Source: Amphiscolops sp. MND2022
Lineage: Eukaryota
DNA: 64,000 nt
Assembly (NCBI GenBank): GCA_964187785.1
Contig: OZ076409.1
Span: forward strand, 46,502,001 to 46,566,000
Direction: 5' to 3'
Shown here: positions 50,292 to 61,882 of the stretch, one piece after another
Layout: the number at the start of each line of letters is the position of its first letter
Position numbering within the stretch: position 1 is the first letter of the stretch
The notes under the pieces: model-generated
What the model saw: only the letters and a program-made list of their open reading frames with translations
What the model was told of the DNA's origin: nothing
Database searches by the model: none
Made by a program: the position numbers and the translations under genes

Positions 50292-53200
50292 CTATTGCAG
50301 TGGAAGTTTTCTAAGTTTATGAACGGGTCTGCTGTAGGTTCCTGTTGCGGTTTTCACTTTAACGACTCTGACAAATTTGTCAGGTCCACTGAAAACGTGC
50401 GTCACTTTTCCCAATGGCCATTGTAATGGGGGTACATTATCGTCGGTAATATAGACAACATCGCCAACTTTCAATGGCTCAACTTCTAATTTCCATTTAT
50501 TCCTTTCTTGTAGTGTTGACACGTACTCCTTATTCCATCTTTTCCAAAAATGGGTAATAAAATTTTGTATGAACGCCCATCTTTTTGGCAAGGATATCTT
50601 CGGAAGATCGTTCAAGTCTTTTGTTTCCTTCATGGGATACGATTCTAACTGACTTCCCAAACACAAATGCGCCCGTGTAAGAATTATGTCATCCTTTACG
50701 TCATCAGATATAAAACTAATAGGTCTAGAATTGAGAATTTGCTCAATTTGACACAGAATTGTTGTGAACTCTTCAAATGTCAATTTGTGATTGCCCATTA
50801 CTATTCTCAAGTGTCTTTTTGCACATTTTACGGCCGCTTCCCACAAGCCGCCAAAGTGGGGTGCTCGTGGTGGGATGAATTTCCACTTGATGTTCAAGCC
50901 GGCTGCTTTGGCTTGTAGTGAATCTTGATGTTCTGCTTTTAAGACTTCTTGAAGAATTTGGAGATCACTACTGGCTCCATTGAAATTTGTTCCGTTATCG
51001 GAATATATCACTGAAGGACAACCCCTTCTTGCAACAAACCGTCGGAAGGCTGCCACACATGCAGCTGTTGTAAGATCAGACACGGCTTCAATATGCACGG
51101 CCTTGCTGGCAAAACAAACAAAGATAGCCATATAAATCTTGGAAGTTTTCTTGTCCTTGCAACTGAATGGTCCAGCAAAGTCAATGCCAACATCAGTGAA
51201 AGCTCTGGTAGGAATATTACATCTTTCTTTGGGAAGATCACCCATCAAGGGAAGCGTAGGCGTAGCATGAAAACGACTGCATCCAACACAATTTAAAATT
51301 AACTTGCGTACTTGATTCCGGCAGCTGGGAATCCAGAACTTCGTGCGAATATGAGCCATGGTTTGATTGACACCACCATGGAGTGTAACTGAATGAGCAT
51401 CGCCAATAATTAGACGTGAAAGTTCACTCTTCTCCGGAACTATTCGCGGATACTTTGCTTCATCCGGAAGGTCAGCATTCGCTAAACAACCTCCAACGCA
51501 TAAAATTCCTTCGAATAACAAGGGGTAAAATCTTAAGAGAGAACTTGATTTTTTAACTTGGGGTTGAGTAAGAATGGTTTTTCTTTCATCGTGATAAAAT
51601 TTTTCGTGCTCTTGCCTAAGCAAGACTTTCAAGGCATCTGACTTTTCTTCAGTCGTCAGATACTCCGTGACGAATCTTTTTCTTTTTCTAGCCTCATCAC
51701 AAAATCGCTTTACCCATGCAACAATTCGTATTGTCTTTTTGAGACAATTTTGAGATGAAAGATCGATAATGTCATTGTCTTCTGTACGAGTGAAAAGAAA
51801 GGTCTTCACTTCTGTTTGTTTCTTTAATTCTTCTGTAGTATCCTCCACTTCATATTGTTTTGGAAATTTTCCAGTTAGAAGGAATGATGGTCCATTCCAC
51901 AACAGTGCACATGTTTTCAAAAGCGATGGATCGAGTCCCCTAGAAGCGGGATCTGCAGGGTTTTCCTTCGTAGGGACATGTCGCCAAGTCAATGAACACT
52001 CCTGTATTTTTGAAACGCGGTTAGCTACAAAGGTTGACCAATGACTTGGTTCACATGCAAGCCAATTCAAAACAATTGTGGAATCAGTCCAAGCATGCTT
52101 TTCACAGATCGTCAAATGCATTCTTGAAAGTGCATCTTCAACCGATTGTAAAAGTTGAGCTTCAAGGAGAGCGGCGCACAATTCCAATCTTGGAATTGAT
52201 TGAGTTTTTATGGGAGCAACCTTTGCCTTTGCAACGAGTAGGTTACTTTTACTGCTTTTACTCCCGCCATCGTCGGTCGTAGAGACGACATAAATACAAG
52301 CAGCATAACCGAGCTCAGAAGCGTCACAAAACAAATGCAAAGCGATAGGATCCGACTGATTTTTACCCAATACAAATCGATTTATTTTCAACTCCTTCAA
52401 AAGATTCAACTTTAAACGCCAGGAAGAATAAGATTCGAAAATCTCCTCTGGTAATTGGTCATCCCAACTTAACTTCAGTTGCCATACTTGCTGCATTAGC
52501 TGCTTTAATTTCATGATTGTCGGTGAGAGCCAACCAAGTGGATCAAATGTCTTTGCCATGTCGCTCAACATTTCTCGCTTTGTTAAGTTTTCCAGCTGAA
52601 GATCTTCTTGAAGATGTGCCACTTTGAATTGGAAAGCATCTGAAGTGGGATTCCAAACAATTCCGAGCGTCTTGATTGTGTGTGAGGTATCTAAAATCTT
52701 TAGGTCTTCACCAGCTTCTCTGAGTTCGATGGGAAGATCTAGAACTATGGAAGAGTCACTAGAAGTCCATTTCCTTAAATCAAATTGCGCTTGCTTCAAA
52801 GTAGAATAAAGTTCCTTTTGAAGCGCTTTTGCTTCTTCGACGGAAGGCGCTCCAGTGTGTATATCATCTACATAAAAGTCTCGTTCGATAACTTCTTTTA
52901 CTTCACATGAGACATCTTTGAATTTTGCACATTCAAGTAATGACCGAATGGAATGATAGGCAGAGCTTCCAATTCCATATGTCACTCGAGTCATTCTATA
53001 AGTTTCAATTCTACTTCCACGTTCGAAACGCCAAAAAATTCGATGTAAATCCCGATCCTTTATCTGAAGCTCAACTTGACGATACATCTTGGCTACGTCA
53101 GCACTCAATGCTACCTTAAAAAATCTAAATCGGAGAAGGATATCGAATATGTCATCCTGTAACTTTGGACCGACCATTAGGCAGTCATTTAGTGACATTC

Positions 53201-55490
53201 CTGATGAAGACTTTGCGCTAGCATCAAAGACAACGCGTAATTTTGTTGTAGTACTATCTAGTTTATGTACACAATGATGAGGCAAGTAGAAATTTCGTGG
53301 ATTTTCAAGATCTTCACTTGGTACCTTTTCCAAGTGTCCCAGATCCAAAAATTCCTGAATAAAATCAGCATACTTTTTATGAAGTTCTGGATTAGCATGT
53401 AGCTTACGCTCTAGATTGAGGTAACGTCTCATTGCAGTAGCTTTACTCAGACCTAATCTGGAATTTTCTTTGAAGGGCATTTGGACAACAAATCGCCCGT
53501 TTTCATTTCTTCTAGTAGTTGTGTCGTAATGCATTTCACACAATTTCTCTTCGGTAGTTAAATGTTTTTTGTGTGGAATATTTTCCAGCTCCCAAAATTT
53601 TGCGAGAATTGCATCAGTGTTATCGGACAGTGTCACGTGATTTGCACAGATGGACTCTGTAGCATTAGCGTTGATGGGACCAGACACAATCCAACCAAAC
53701 AAAGACTCTTTAATGTGAAGTCCGTTGTCCTTTATTCGATTGTCCAACATGACATCCTCAATGACGTCTGCTCCTAACAGAATGTCAATTTTTCCAGGAA
53801 CATTGAATTGTGGATCTGCCAATTGCAGATTGTGAATATGTCTAAGTTGAGAAACGTCTATTTCTTGTGAGGGAATGGCGTTGGTAATTTTAGGAATTAC
53901 ATGTAAATTGATGTCAAGAACGTCATTGAGTTTTGCTGACATGAATCCTAAAGCCTTTTGAGACTTGGTGGATCCCAGTGTTGATATCGTTGTTTTTGAT
54001 CGGTGTATGCGCAACATTAGAGCCTTTGCCATTGATTCAGTAATGAAGCTTGCTTGTGAGCCTGAATCGAGCAATGCGCGTAATTGAATGTTACGACAAC
54101 GTTGATCCTTGATTGATACTATTGCAATTGATAACAACACGCTATTGACGTTTCTATCGGTGCTTGTCAATCCCAAAACTTGCTGATTTTGACAAACAAT
54201 TGAAGACTGTTCTTGATTTGTGGAAGGGGAGGAAAGGTTAGCAATGCTGTTATTAACAGAAACTCCTTGGCTGGATGTCAACGGTGACTTATGGCGATGA
54301 AGCAACGTATGATGCTTCATCATACATTCTCGACAAGTGAATTTTGAAGAGCATTCATTCGCACTGTGTCCCGGTTGTAGGCAATTAAAACAAACTCGCC
54401 TTGATTTTGCAAGATTTAGTCGATCCTTAAGTTGCATACGCTTAAATTCAGGACACAAATGCAGTTTGTGTTTTTCATTACAACGATCAGAACAGGAAAC
54501 AGAGTATGATTGCACTCGCTTTTCAAACTGCTGGGGAGGTGTAGTAGTTTGTTGTGCAGGCCTTGTACAAGTAACCTCCAATGCACGGCTTCGCGTGTCG
54601 AAAAAGTTCGACAATTCTTTCCATGTTACCAGTTTTGTTCCTGGATAGGCCAATTGCCATTGTTTCTTTGATTCGCTATCCATTTTTTCGGAAATCCAGA
54701 ATACCAACAGAGTGTCCCAATGCTCGACTGGTTGTTGTAGTTCGCTCAAGGCTCGCAAATGCTCATTTGTGGTTTCAAGCAGTTTTCGGAGACCAGAGGC
54801 TGATTCAACTTTTAAAACTTGTTGCGACCAAAGGGCTTTGAGATGTGCATTTACAATGCTCCTTTCATTTTCATAACGGTCTCGCAACATAGTCATTGCT
54901 ATTCAATAGTTGTAATCAGTTATTGAAAACGAACTGATCAGTTTTGCTGCATCACCTTTAACACAGGCCTTTAAATAATTCAATTTCTCACAGTTGGTTA
55001 ATCGAGTGTTCGAATCCACTGCTGCCTTGAACAAATCAAAAAACGAAGTCCATTCAGTATATGAACCTGTGAATGTAGGTAGTTGAAGTTTCGGAAGTTT
55101 CAATTTGCTGCTCAGCACACCGCTTGAGGAGCCTTGATAGCATGAAACTGCTTGACCTTGACGCTTGTAATTGTTGATTAGGGCTTCTAATCTAGCGATT
55201 GCAATACTGGCATTGTGCTGAAATTCTGTTGCACTTTCCATATCTTGCGACAATTCTAATTCATTGTCCAACAAAAGTTCAATTTGCGCATTCCATTGAT
55301 GCACAACTCGCGCCTTTTGTTTGAGTGTAGCTAACAACGCTTCTGCCTCGTAAAAACGTTGGTCATTTGAAATTGGATTTTGAATAAACTGATCGATTTT
55401 CATTTCCATTTTAGTAAATGCAGCCTTGTGGCCGCCTCTAATGCGAATAAGTTTTTTGACATCATGCACTGGCTGTGTTTTTTGAGCCAT
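50292..55490 (-). CDS. BEL/Pao Gag-Pol with one in-frame TGA at 54903-54905
   Basis: KLPKLQLPTFTGSYTEW gag, triple Cys/His knuckles, ALLDSGSQ protease, YLPHH/LRVVFDAS/YVDD RT, FCDAS RNase H, SDNGTNF and PRAPHFGGLWEAAVK integrase. The two ORF pieces are in the same frame. Confidence 0.95.
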
Positions 55491-55623
55491 GACTGTGTGA
55501 AATCTTTAGAATATTGACAAAAATCAAATGATTAATTCAATGGTGAATTCAGAAAGGCCACCGACAAAACAAAGTCTAGAGTCCAAACCAAAAACACCAA
55601 AGAATCAAATACAAATGATTACT

Positions 55624-58600
55624 TTAAACTTTAAGAATCTGATTCTGATTCTGCCTTTTCTTCAAAAGACGCTTCTTCTTAGATAGTCTTTTTGTCTTTC
55701 GTCTGGTATTCTGCGAAAGAGCTTTCAACTTTGATGATTGCTGTAGGATAATGTTCTGTAACGTCCGGCTAGCGGCGCACATCTAGGAAGAGGGACAATG
55801 CCTAGGGTGCTTAAACAGGAGACCGTTGTCTTACTACACTCCTAAACACTAGTTTTTGATCCCAAAATGGTCTCCATGGGGGACTTTTCTAACGTCTAAG
55901 GAGGCTCCTCTAGTTAGAGCTCCGAGGCGACGTGCCGGCACTCTCAAAGTCCGGACACGCCCCACAAGCCTGTAAAAACAAATCCTAAGGTTTTTAGCGC
56001 GTTCCTGCTATCTCCTACATACTTCCGAGGTCTAAAAAGGTGTCTAGCTGAAATACATTATATTGGTGAATAAGGACTAAAATGAGGCCCTAGTAGGTCA
56101 AACATTATCCAAATACGCTATAAACAGTCAAAGTAGGTGGGGATAGGCCCCAATAAAGTATACAGTTACAGTTCGGTGGCGATCATCGGCTTCCTGCCTC
56201 TGGCATCATTCCTCATCTTCGGGGCACAATGGTCTCATTTGGCACTTTTCTGCCAAAACCCTGTCTTTTTGCTGTCAGATGGCCGAATTCCTGATTCTCA
56301 CGCCTTCTGGGTGATGACATCTCGGACATTCTCGTTCCTGGGTGGTGGGTTGGGTCTTCTGGTGGTCTTTTGCCTTTATTTTGCTTCCTCTACGGTTTTC
56401 GTACCTGCCGGGTCGGCCATCTTGAATGTGCTTGTTTGATGTCGCACATTTCGAATTTTTGATCGAAATTTTCAAAAACTTCTGCAACGCCGACTGCCGG
56501 ACGTTACATCCTCCCCGGGCCGTAGTTTGTCGTCCTCGACAAACGAGAGAGGACGTTCACATCTTGGTTGCCACCATCCAGTGATCCAGTGATACTGTTG
56601 CAACATGGTACTTCAGGAATCTAAATGGAAGTCGTTGCCCAAAAACACGTTATTGCCCAAAAACATGAGTTTTTGCCAGCCTAGCAGGTTTCCTTGGATT
56701 CCACACCAACAACGGGTTCTTGCACTGGAAAAATATTAGCAACTTTAGACATACAGCATATTCAAAACAATATCAAACTTTTAATTTCGCACCAAAATTT
56801 CAAAAATTCTAGCACCTTATTGCATCTGTCTAAAAAGCACTCATCACAATAGGTTTGGCACTGACCTGGGGTCCGCCTGATAGGTTAGGTTTTATAAAAT
56901 GCACGATAGCACTTGAAAAGCGAAAAATAAAAGTAACAGCTGTGGTCTTGCAAAGTTCATGGCCAACAGAAACTGCACAATAACTAGCACTAATGGTGAA
57001 ATAGGCCTCAAAAAATCAAAAATATCACCAAAAATGAGGAACTATTCAACCTATTGTGTCAACAGTGTACGCTCAGTTAAAGTTATTGTCTAGGCAGTAC
57101 AAGCACCAGTGTATATGCAAGAGATGGAAACAAACTACTTCTCAAGAGGGGACAATGTCACTAACGATGATAGAGCAGAACCAATAAAAGTCAAAAATCA
57201 GGCATGATAGATCATGAAAACAGTCTTCAGCATTAAAAACAAGTTCCAGAACAATCATTCGGGTTCTAAAAGCACGGCCGCTGGCCAAGCAGTTCTCAGA
57301 GCTTCGAAGCTCTAGGTGTTTCATCATGCTTGGTGTTGACTTCTCTCGGGTGAGTACGGGTACTCCCCGGGCCAATCTCTGGTCCGGTGTTTTCACATCG
57401 ACATGGTTCACGCAACTGTGGTACCGAGCACCAAAGTACGCCATAGGCATGAATTGAGCAGCGAACACTGATTTTTTGAGAAGTCTGCTTGGCTACAGAT
57501 GTTAGATTGTCTGAAATGTCCGTTTGGCACTCATGCTGCCCTGCTTCTGGAGGGCACAAGTAATTACAAAAATGTGATTAGAGACTACCGGTAGACCTTG
57601 GGGTGAGTAGGACAATGGACACTGAGTTTGAAGTGCTTTCTTGCCTTACGATCGTAGCACGATCAGAAAAAGCGTTCTTTTTCGACTATGGTAGTCGCTA
57701 CTGCACTTGTTGTCCTGTTTTGAGACGCACTGCGTACAAAGTCTAAACTTCTAAAAGTGCCTATAAACGCGCTCCAGCACCCGTAGGGCCCATGGGGCAC
57801 TGAGTATGCGTAATCTCAATGAACAGATTGCACTCAAGTGACTTTGATAGCAGCCGGGAGGCGAATTTCCATTTTCGGTTTTTCACCTCCATGTCTCATA
57901 GATCGGTTTTCTCAGAGACCCGAGATCTTAGGGTCAGCTTAGCACTATTCAAAGTGATTCAAGAAGAGGTCCTGAGGGCGCTCGGTATGCTAATTGGGTC
58001 GTCTTGGCCCTCACTGGCATGTACACTGAGAAAAACTATGTGATTTTTTGCAAAAATGCCCAAAATCAACAATTTTTTCGTCAACATGCACCTCCGGGGA
58101 AGGTGAAAATCACTTGTAGCGCTGCTAGCGATCTGAAAATTTCACACCGTCTAATACACTGGTTGAATCGTGGGGAATGAACCTCCGATTGCGTCAAAAT
58201 TGATCCTGTGGGTGTCACGGCCACTTAACAATGTTCACTGAGAAATTGGCTATGTCGCGAATTTCGCAAAAAGTGGTCAAACTCGCCTTCTAGGCTTCCC
58301 AGCCACCTGAGATTTTGCATGCGAGCGTAGCTTTTGCCCACGTAACAGAAAAACAGAGCGGCGAGGTGCCTTGATCAATATCTGGCGATATCAAGTGACA
58401 AAACCTTGATGTACCAGAGGTACCACTTTTTCGGGTCAAAAATCACAAAAATGTCAATTTCTCAGCTTTGGCTAGTAGCCGGCTGCTCAAATTGCACAAA
58501 TCGTCGTGATTCAGTGCCGTGTGCACGAAAATGCAAGAATTTTAGTGTTGGGGTGCTTGCGAGGTATTGCACTATGCTCAACTAAAATTCAATTTTTTCG

Positions 58601-61349
58601 ACATTTTCGGATCATTTTTGAGCAAAACTGCGGCTAAGGTTTCTCGATCACTAGTAACAGTAGCGCTACGAAAATTACACCATTAACGTAACTTTTTGCG
58701 GTCTACACGATGGTGCGATCCGTTTTGGGCTACTCCTGCTAGGAGAGATTTCGACCTTTCTTTGAAACACTATTTCAATGTTCCGATAATGTCGCAAAAA
58801 TAGCACGTTTTGGGCTATTTCTCAACAACCACTGGTTGGAATCACTCGCGGTTTTCGGCGTTAGTAATCTAGTGTTCTCTACTAACAGAAAATAGGCGAG
58901 CGAAACCTGGCAGGTTCCAAATAAGGTCTCTCAAAATTGATTTTAGGTTACACCTTGGACACTCTGGGAACACCTATGAAAAACACGTATTTTCCCTAGG
59001 AACTTTTTATTCTTCGGTTCCCAGAGGTTCGAGATGGTTTTAACAGTATAGTAGGAAGGTGTAACTACTTTATTTAGGGGAGTGGGGTTCTTTCAATTTT
59101 TACTTTTGATGTTATACCTCTCAGGTCTATGGGGTCCGTACTCAGGTCTATTTTAATGAAAGAAAAGTGATGTTAAAACTTCAATTTATATTGGGGGTGG
59201 TCAAAAACCGTCTTGGTAGTAGTATTGCGTACTACCAAGCACAACAACAAAATTTTTGGGCCTTTCAAGAGGCTTGGGAACAAACGCCCAAGGCTTCACC
59301 CTTGCCAAAATTGGTCAAAATGGCCAATTTTGCTGACTTTTGAACAAAAATTGCTGAAATTTTCATGTTTTTTTGAAAAGCAGCCCAACAAAATTTTTTT
59401 GTTCTCGACCTGGTAGGTCCGACAGAACGTTTTTCAGGTATTCCCACAGGCCGTACACAGTTCTATAAAATTCTGGCTTTCAAAACGGGAAAATTCTATA
59501 TTTGAGCTGTTATTAGTGTTATTTTTGGCGTTTTCGAGCTCAAGTCCCTAAAATAATTGATGCAAATACCCTGTGGGTATTTTTCACAGTTAATTTATGC
59601 AAAAACAGGCCTGGGAATACTAATTTTGGGCTAGAAAACGTAAAGGGAACGAAATAACCCAGCTGTCTTCGGTGAATCGGCACCAGGTGGGGAGGAAGAG
59701 GCTATGAGGTGAAGCACCTGCAGTCCTGCACTCAGCTAGCTCGGGTCTTCACAAACCGTCCTCGCAGTCCCTGTACATTGCCAATTAGCTGAAAAGAAGC
59801 TGGAAAACCCGTTAAAACACGTTCCGGATAAGCCGGAATAGCTTTTTTAACAAGTACAGATAAGGTAGAAGGGGGTACACCGTCTCAAACTGTCTTTTTC
59901 AGGCTTGGGACCTCGGAAACATGCAGGAAACGCAGGAAAAACACTAATGCAAGGCCCAAAGGGCTAGAATAAAGCAGTAAAAACAATCTAGGACTCTCCC
60001 AAAAGCTTCTCCTAGATCCAGACCTTTCAGGGCCGGAAAGCAGGAGTTGCTCCTCGCAGGACGCGGTAAGGAAAATTATCCTCGAAAAATATCCCTCTGT
60101 GGTCGCCATAAAAACTATTCCAGATGTAACGTCCGGCTAGCGGCGCACATCTAGGAAGAGGGACAATGCCTAGGGTGCTTAAACAGGAGACCGTTGTCTT
60201 ACTACACTCCTAAACACTAGTTTTTGATCCCAAAATGGTCTCCATGGGGGACTTTTCTAACGTCTAAGGAGGCTCCTCTAGTTAGAGCTCCGAGGCGACG
60301 TGCCGGCACTCTCAAAGTCCGGACACGCCCCACAAGCCTGTAAAAACAAATCCTAAGGTTTTTAGCGCGTTCCTGCTATCTCCTACATACTTCCGAGGTC
60401 TAAAAAGGTGTCTAGCTGAAATACATTATATTGGTGAATAAGGACTAAAATGAGGCCCTAGTAGGTCAAACATTATCCAAATACGCTATAAACAGTCAAA
60501 GTAGGTGGGGATAGGCCCCAATAAAGTATACAGTTACAGTTCGGTGGCGATCATCGGCTTCCTGCCTCTGGCATCATTCCTCATCTTCGGGGCACAATGG
60601 TCTCATTTGGCACTTTTCTGCCAAAACCCTGTCTTTTTGCTGTCAGATGGCCGAATTCCTGATTCTCACGCCTTCTGGGTGATGACATCTCGGACATTCT
60701 CGTTCCTGGGTGGTGGGTTGGGTCTTCTGGTGGTCTTTTGCCTTTATTTTGCTTCCTCTACGGTTTTCGTACCTGCCGGGTCGGCCATCTTGAATGTGCT
60801 TGTTTGATGTCGCACATTTCGAATTTTTGATCGAAATTTTCAAAAACTTCTGCAACGCCGACTGCCGGACGTTACATTCAGTGATTTTAATTCCAAAACT
60901 GTTGGTGGGTGTATTTCTGAATATTGTGATATTAATTTTTGACTTTGCTGCTTTCGTGGTGATATCAAGTTTTTGGTTACTCTGAAGACTAGAAAACCAG
61001 CCTGTTTGAGCGGCTCAAAATAATTTGGAGCTCCAAAACGATAACAATAGACAATAGCCGAAATTCGTTCTTTATAACACAGCAATTGTTTAATAAGCTG
61101 TTCAATCGTCAGGGGGATAAAATTGTTACTCTTGTGACTTGTAACAGAATTATTGAGCAAATCGTGCCACAAAACCAATTTACTCCTATTCTTCAGGTAC
61201 CCCCTTTCCAATAAAAAAGGCAAATTGATGGATAATCTGTTTACATTAGGGTTTAGAGACAAAGAAGAAATGGCTGTAATACTCTTTTTCAAGCTATGTG
61301 GCTGTGAATTAATTGCCCTTTTCAATGAGCTTGCTCCAATAATATACAT
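55624..61349 (-). pseudogene. Divergent SGNH-like ORF upstream of BEL gag, split into 60877-61349 and ~55624-55756 by the nested LTR element
   Basis: MYIIGASSL..SSLSLN..VLWHDLLNNS..YSEIHP. Removing 55757-60876 and the duplicated TTC restores the frame: LELKSLNIILQQSSKLKALSQNTRRKTKRLSKKKRLLKKRQNQNQILKV*. Confidence 0.65.
55757..60876 (-). mobile_element. Young non-autonomous LTR element (LARD-like) with 752 bp LTRs, nested in the BEL element
   Basis: LTRs at 55757-56508 and 60125-60876 look identical, with 13 bp terminal inverted repeats tgtaacgtccggc/gccggacgttaca. PBS TGGCGACCAC (tRNA-Arg-like) lies ~16 nt inside the right LTR. PPT ggggagga and ttgtcgaggacgacaa lie next to the left LTR. No gag/pol recognisable in the 3.6 kb interior. 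Confidence 0.9.
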
Positions 61350-61810
61350 GAATTGGAACGAACTAACAGATTTTGAAGAAATTCCAGGTTCCTTGTTTTG
61401 TCCGGGTCGGCTGAGGACCAAATGTTGACTCGCCGAAGGTCTTCTTTATGGCGGACCAGCCTCTTTCAATTGGGATGAGACAAATTAGTTCTTAGGTACT
61501 TCAACTTGTGTCCTTGTGACAGGTTCCCTTTCACTTGGGGAAATTCGAGATGTCTTTTGTATAAAAAGTTTAATTATCCTTGATAAGGGTTGATTCTCTG
61601 ATTGCAATTTGCAATATTTGACAATTCATTGATACTTGAGATCAAAAAAAATGAACAAAAGTAATGCGGGAATGACAAAAAAATGATATTTCACACCTAA
61701 CAAGGTCTAGATATTTCTAGAAATAATTATTGCACATGCGTTTTGAAAGTTTACAAACTCAGTAAATTATATTAGACATGCATGTCGAACAGCTGGTTTG
61801 AGTAGTTTGT

Positions 61811-61882
61811 TGGTTGTTTTTTTTGTTACTGGTCTACTGGTATAGTGGTTGTTTTTTTTGTTACTGGTCTACTGGTATAGTG
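61811..61882. repeat. ~35 bp tandem duplication
   Basis: tggttgttttttt(t)gttactggtctactggtatag occurs twice. Confidence 0.85.

Larger units (their letters stand above)
49827..61791 (-). mobile_element. Near-intact BEL/Pao LTR retrotransposon with ~368 bp LTRs and 5 bp TSD GCTGG
   Basis: LTRs at 49827-50194 and 61423-61791. gctgg at 49822-49826 and 61792-61796. PBS TGGTCCTCAGCCG (tRNA-Tyr-like) next to the 5' LTR. PPT ggtgggcagta. Confidence 0.97.

Noticed and set aside
54903..54905. Programmed readthrough or an alternative genetic code at the in-frame TGA codons (BEL gag, SGNH ORF)
   Set aside because: The BEL stop lies inside gag rather than at a gag-pol boundary, and TGG is used for Trp throughout. 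Single point mutations are simpler.
56137..56487. Duplicated 100 aa and 70 aa ORFs (also 60505-60855) as genes or env
   Set aside because: They lie inside the LTRs, start at non-ATG codons and have no recognisable motifs.
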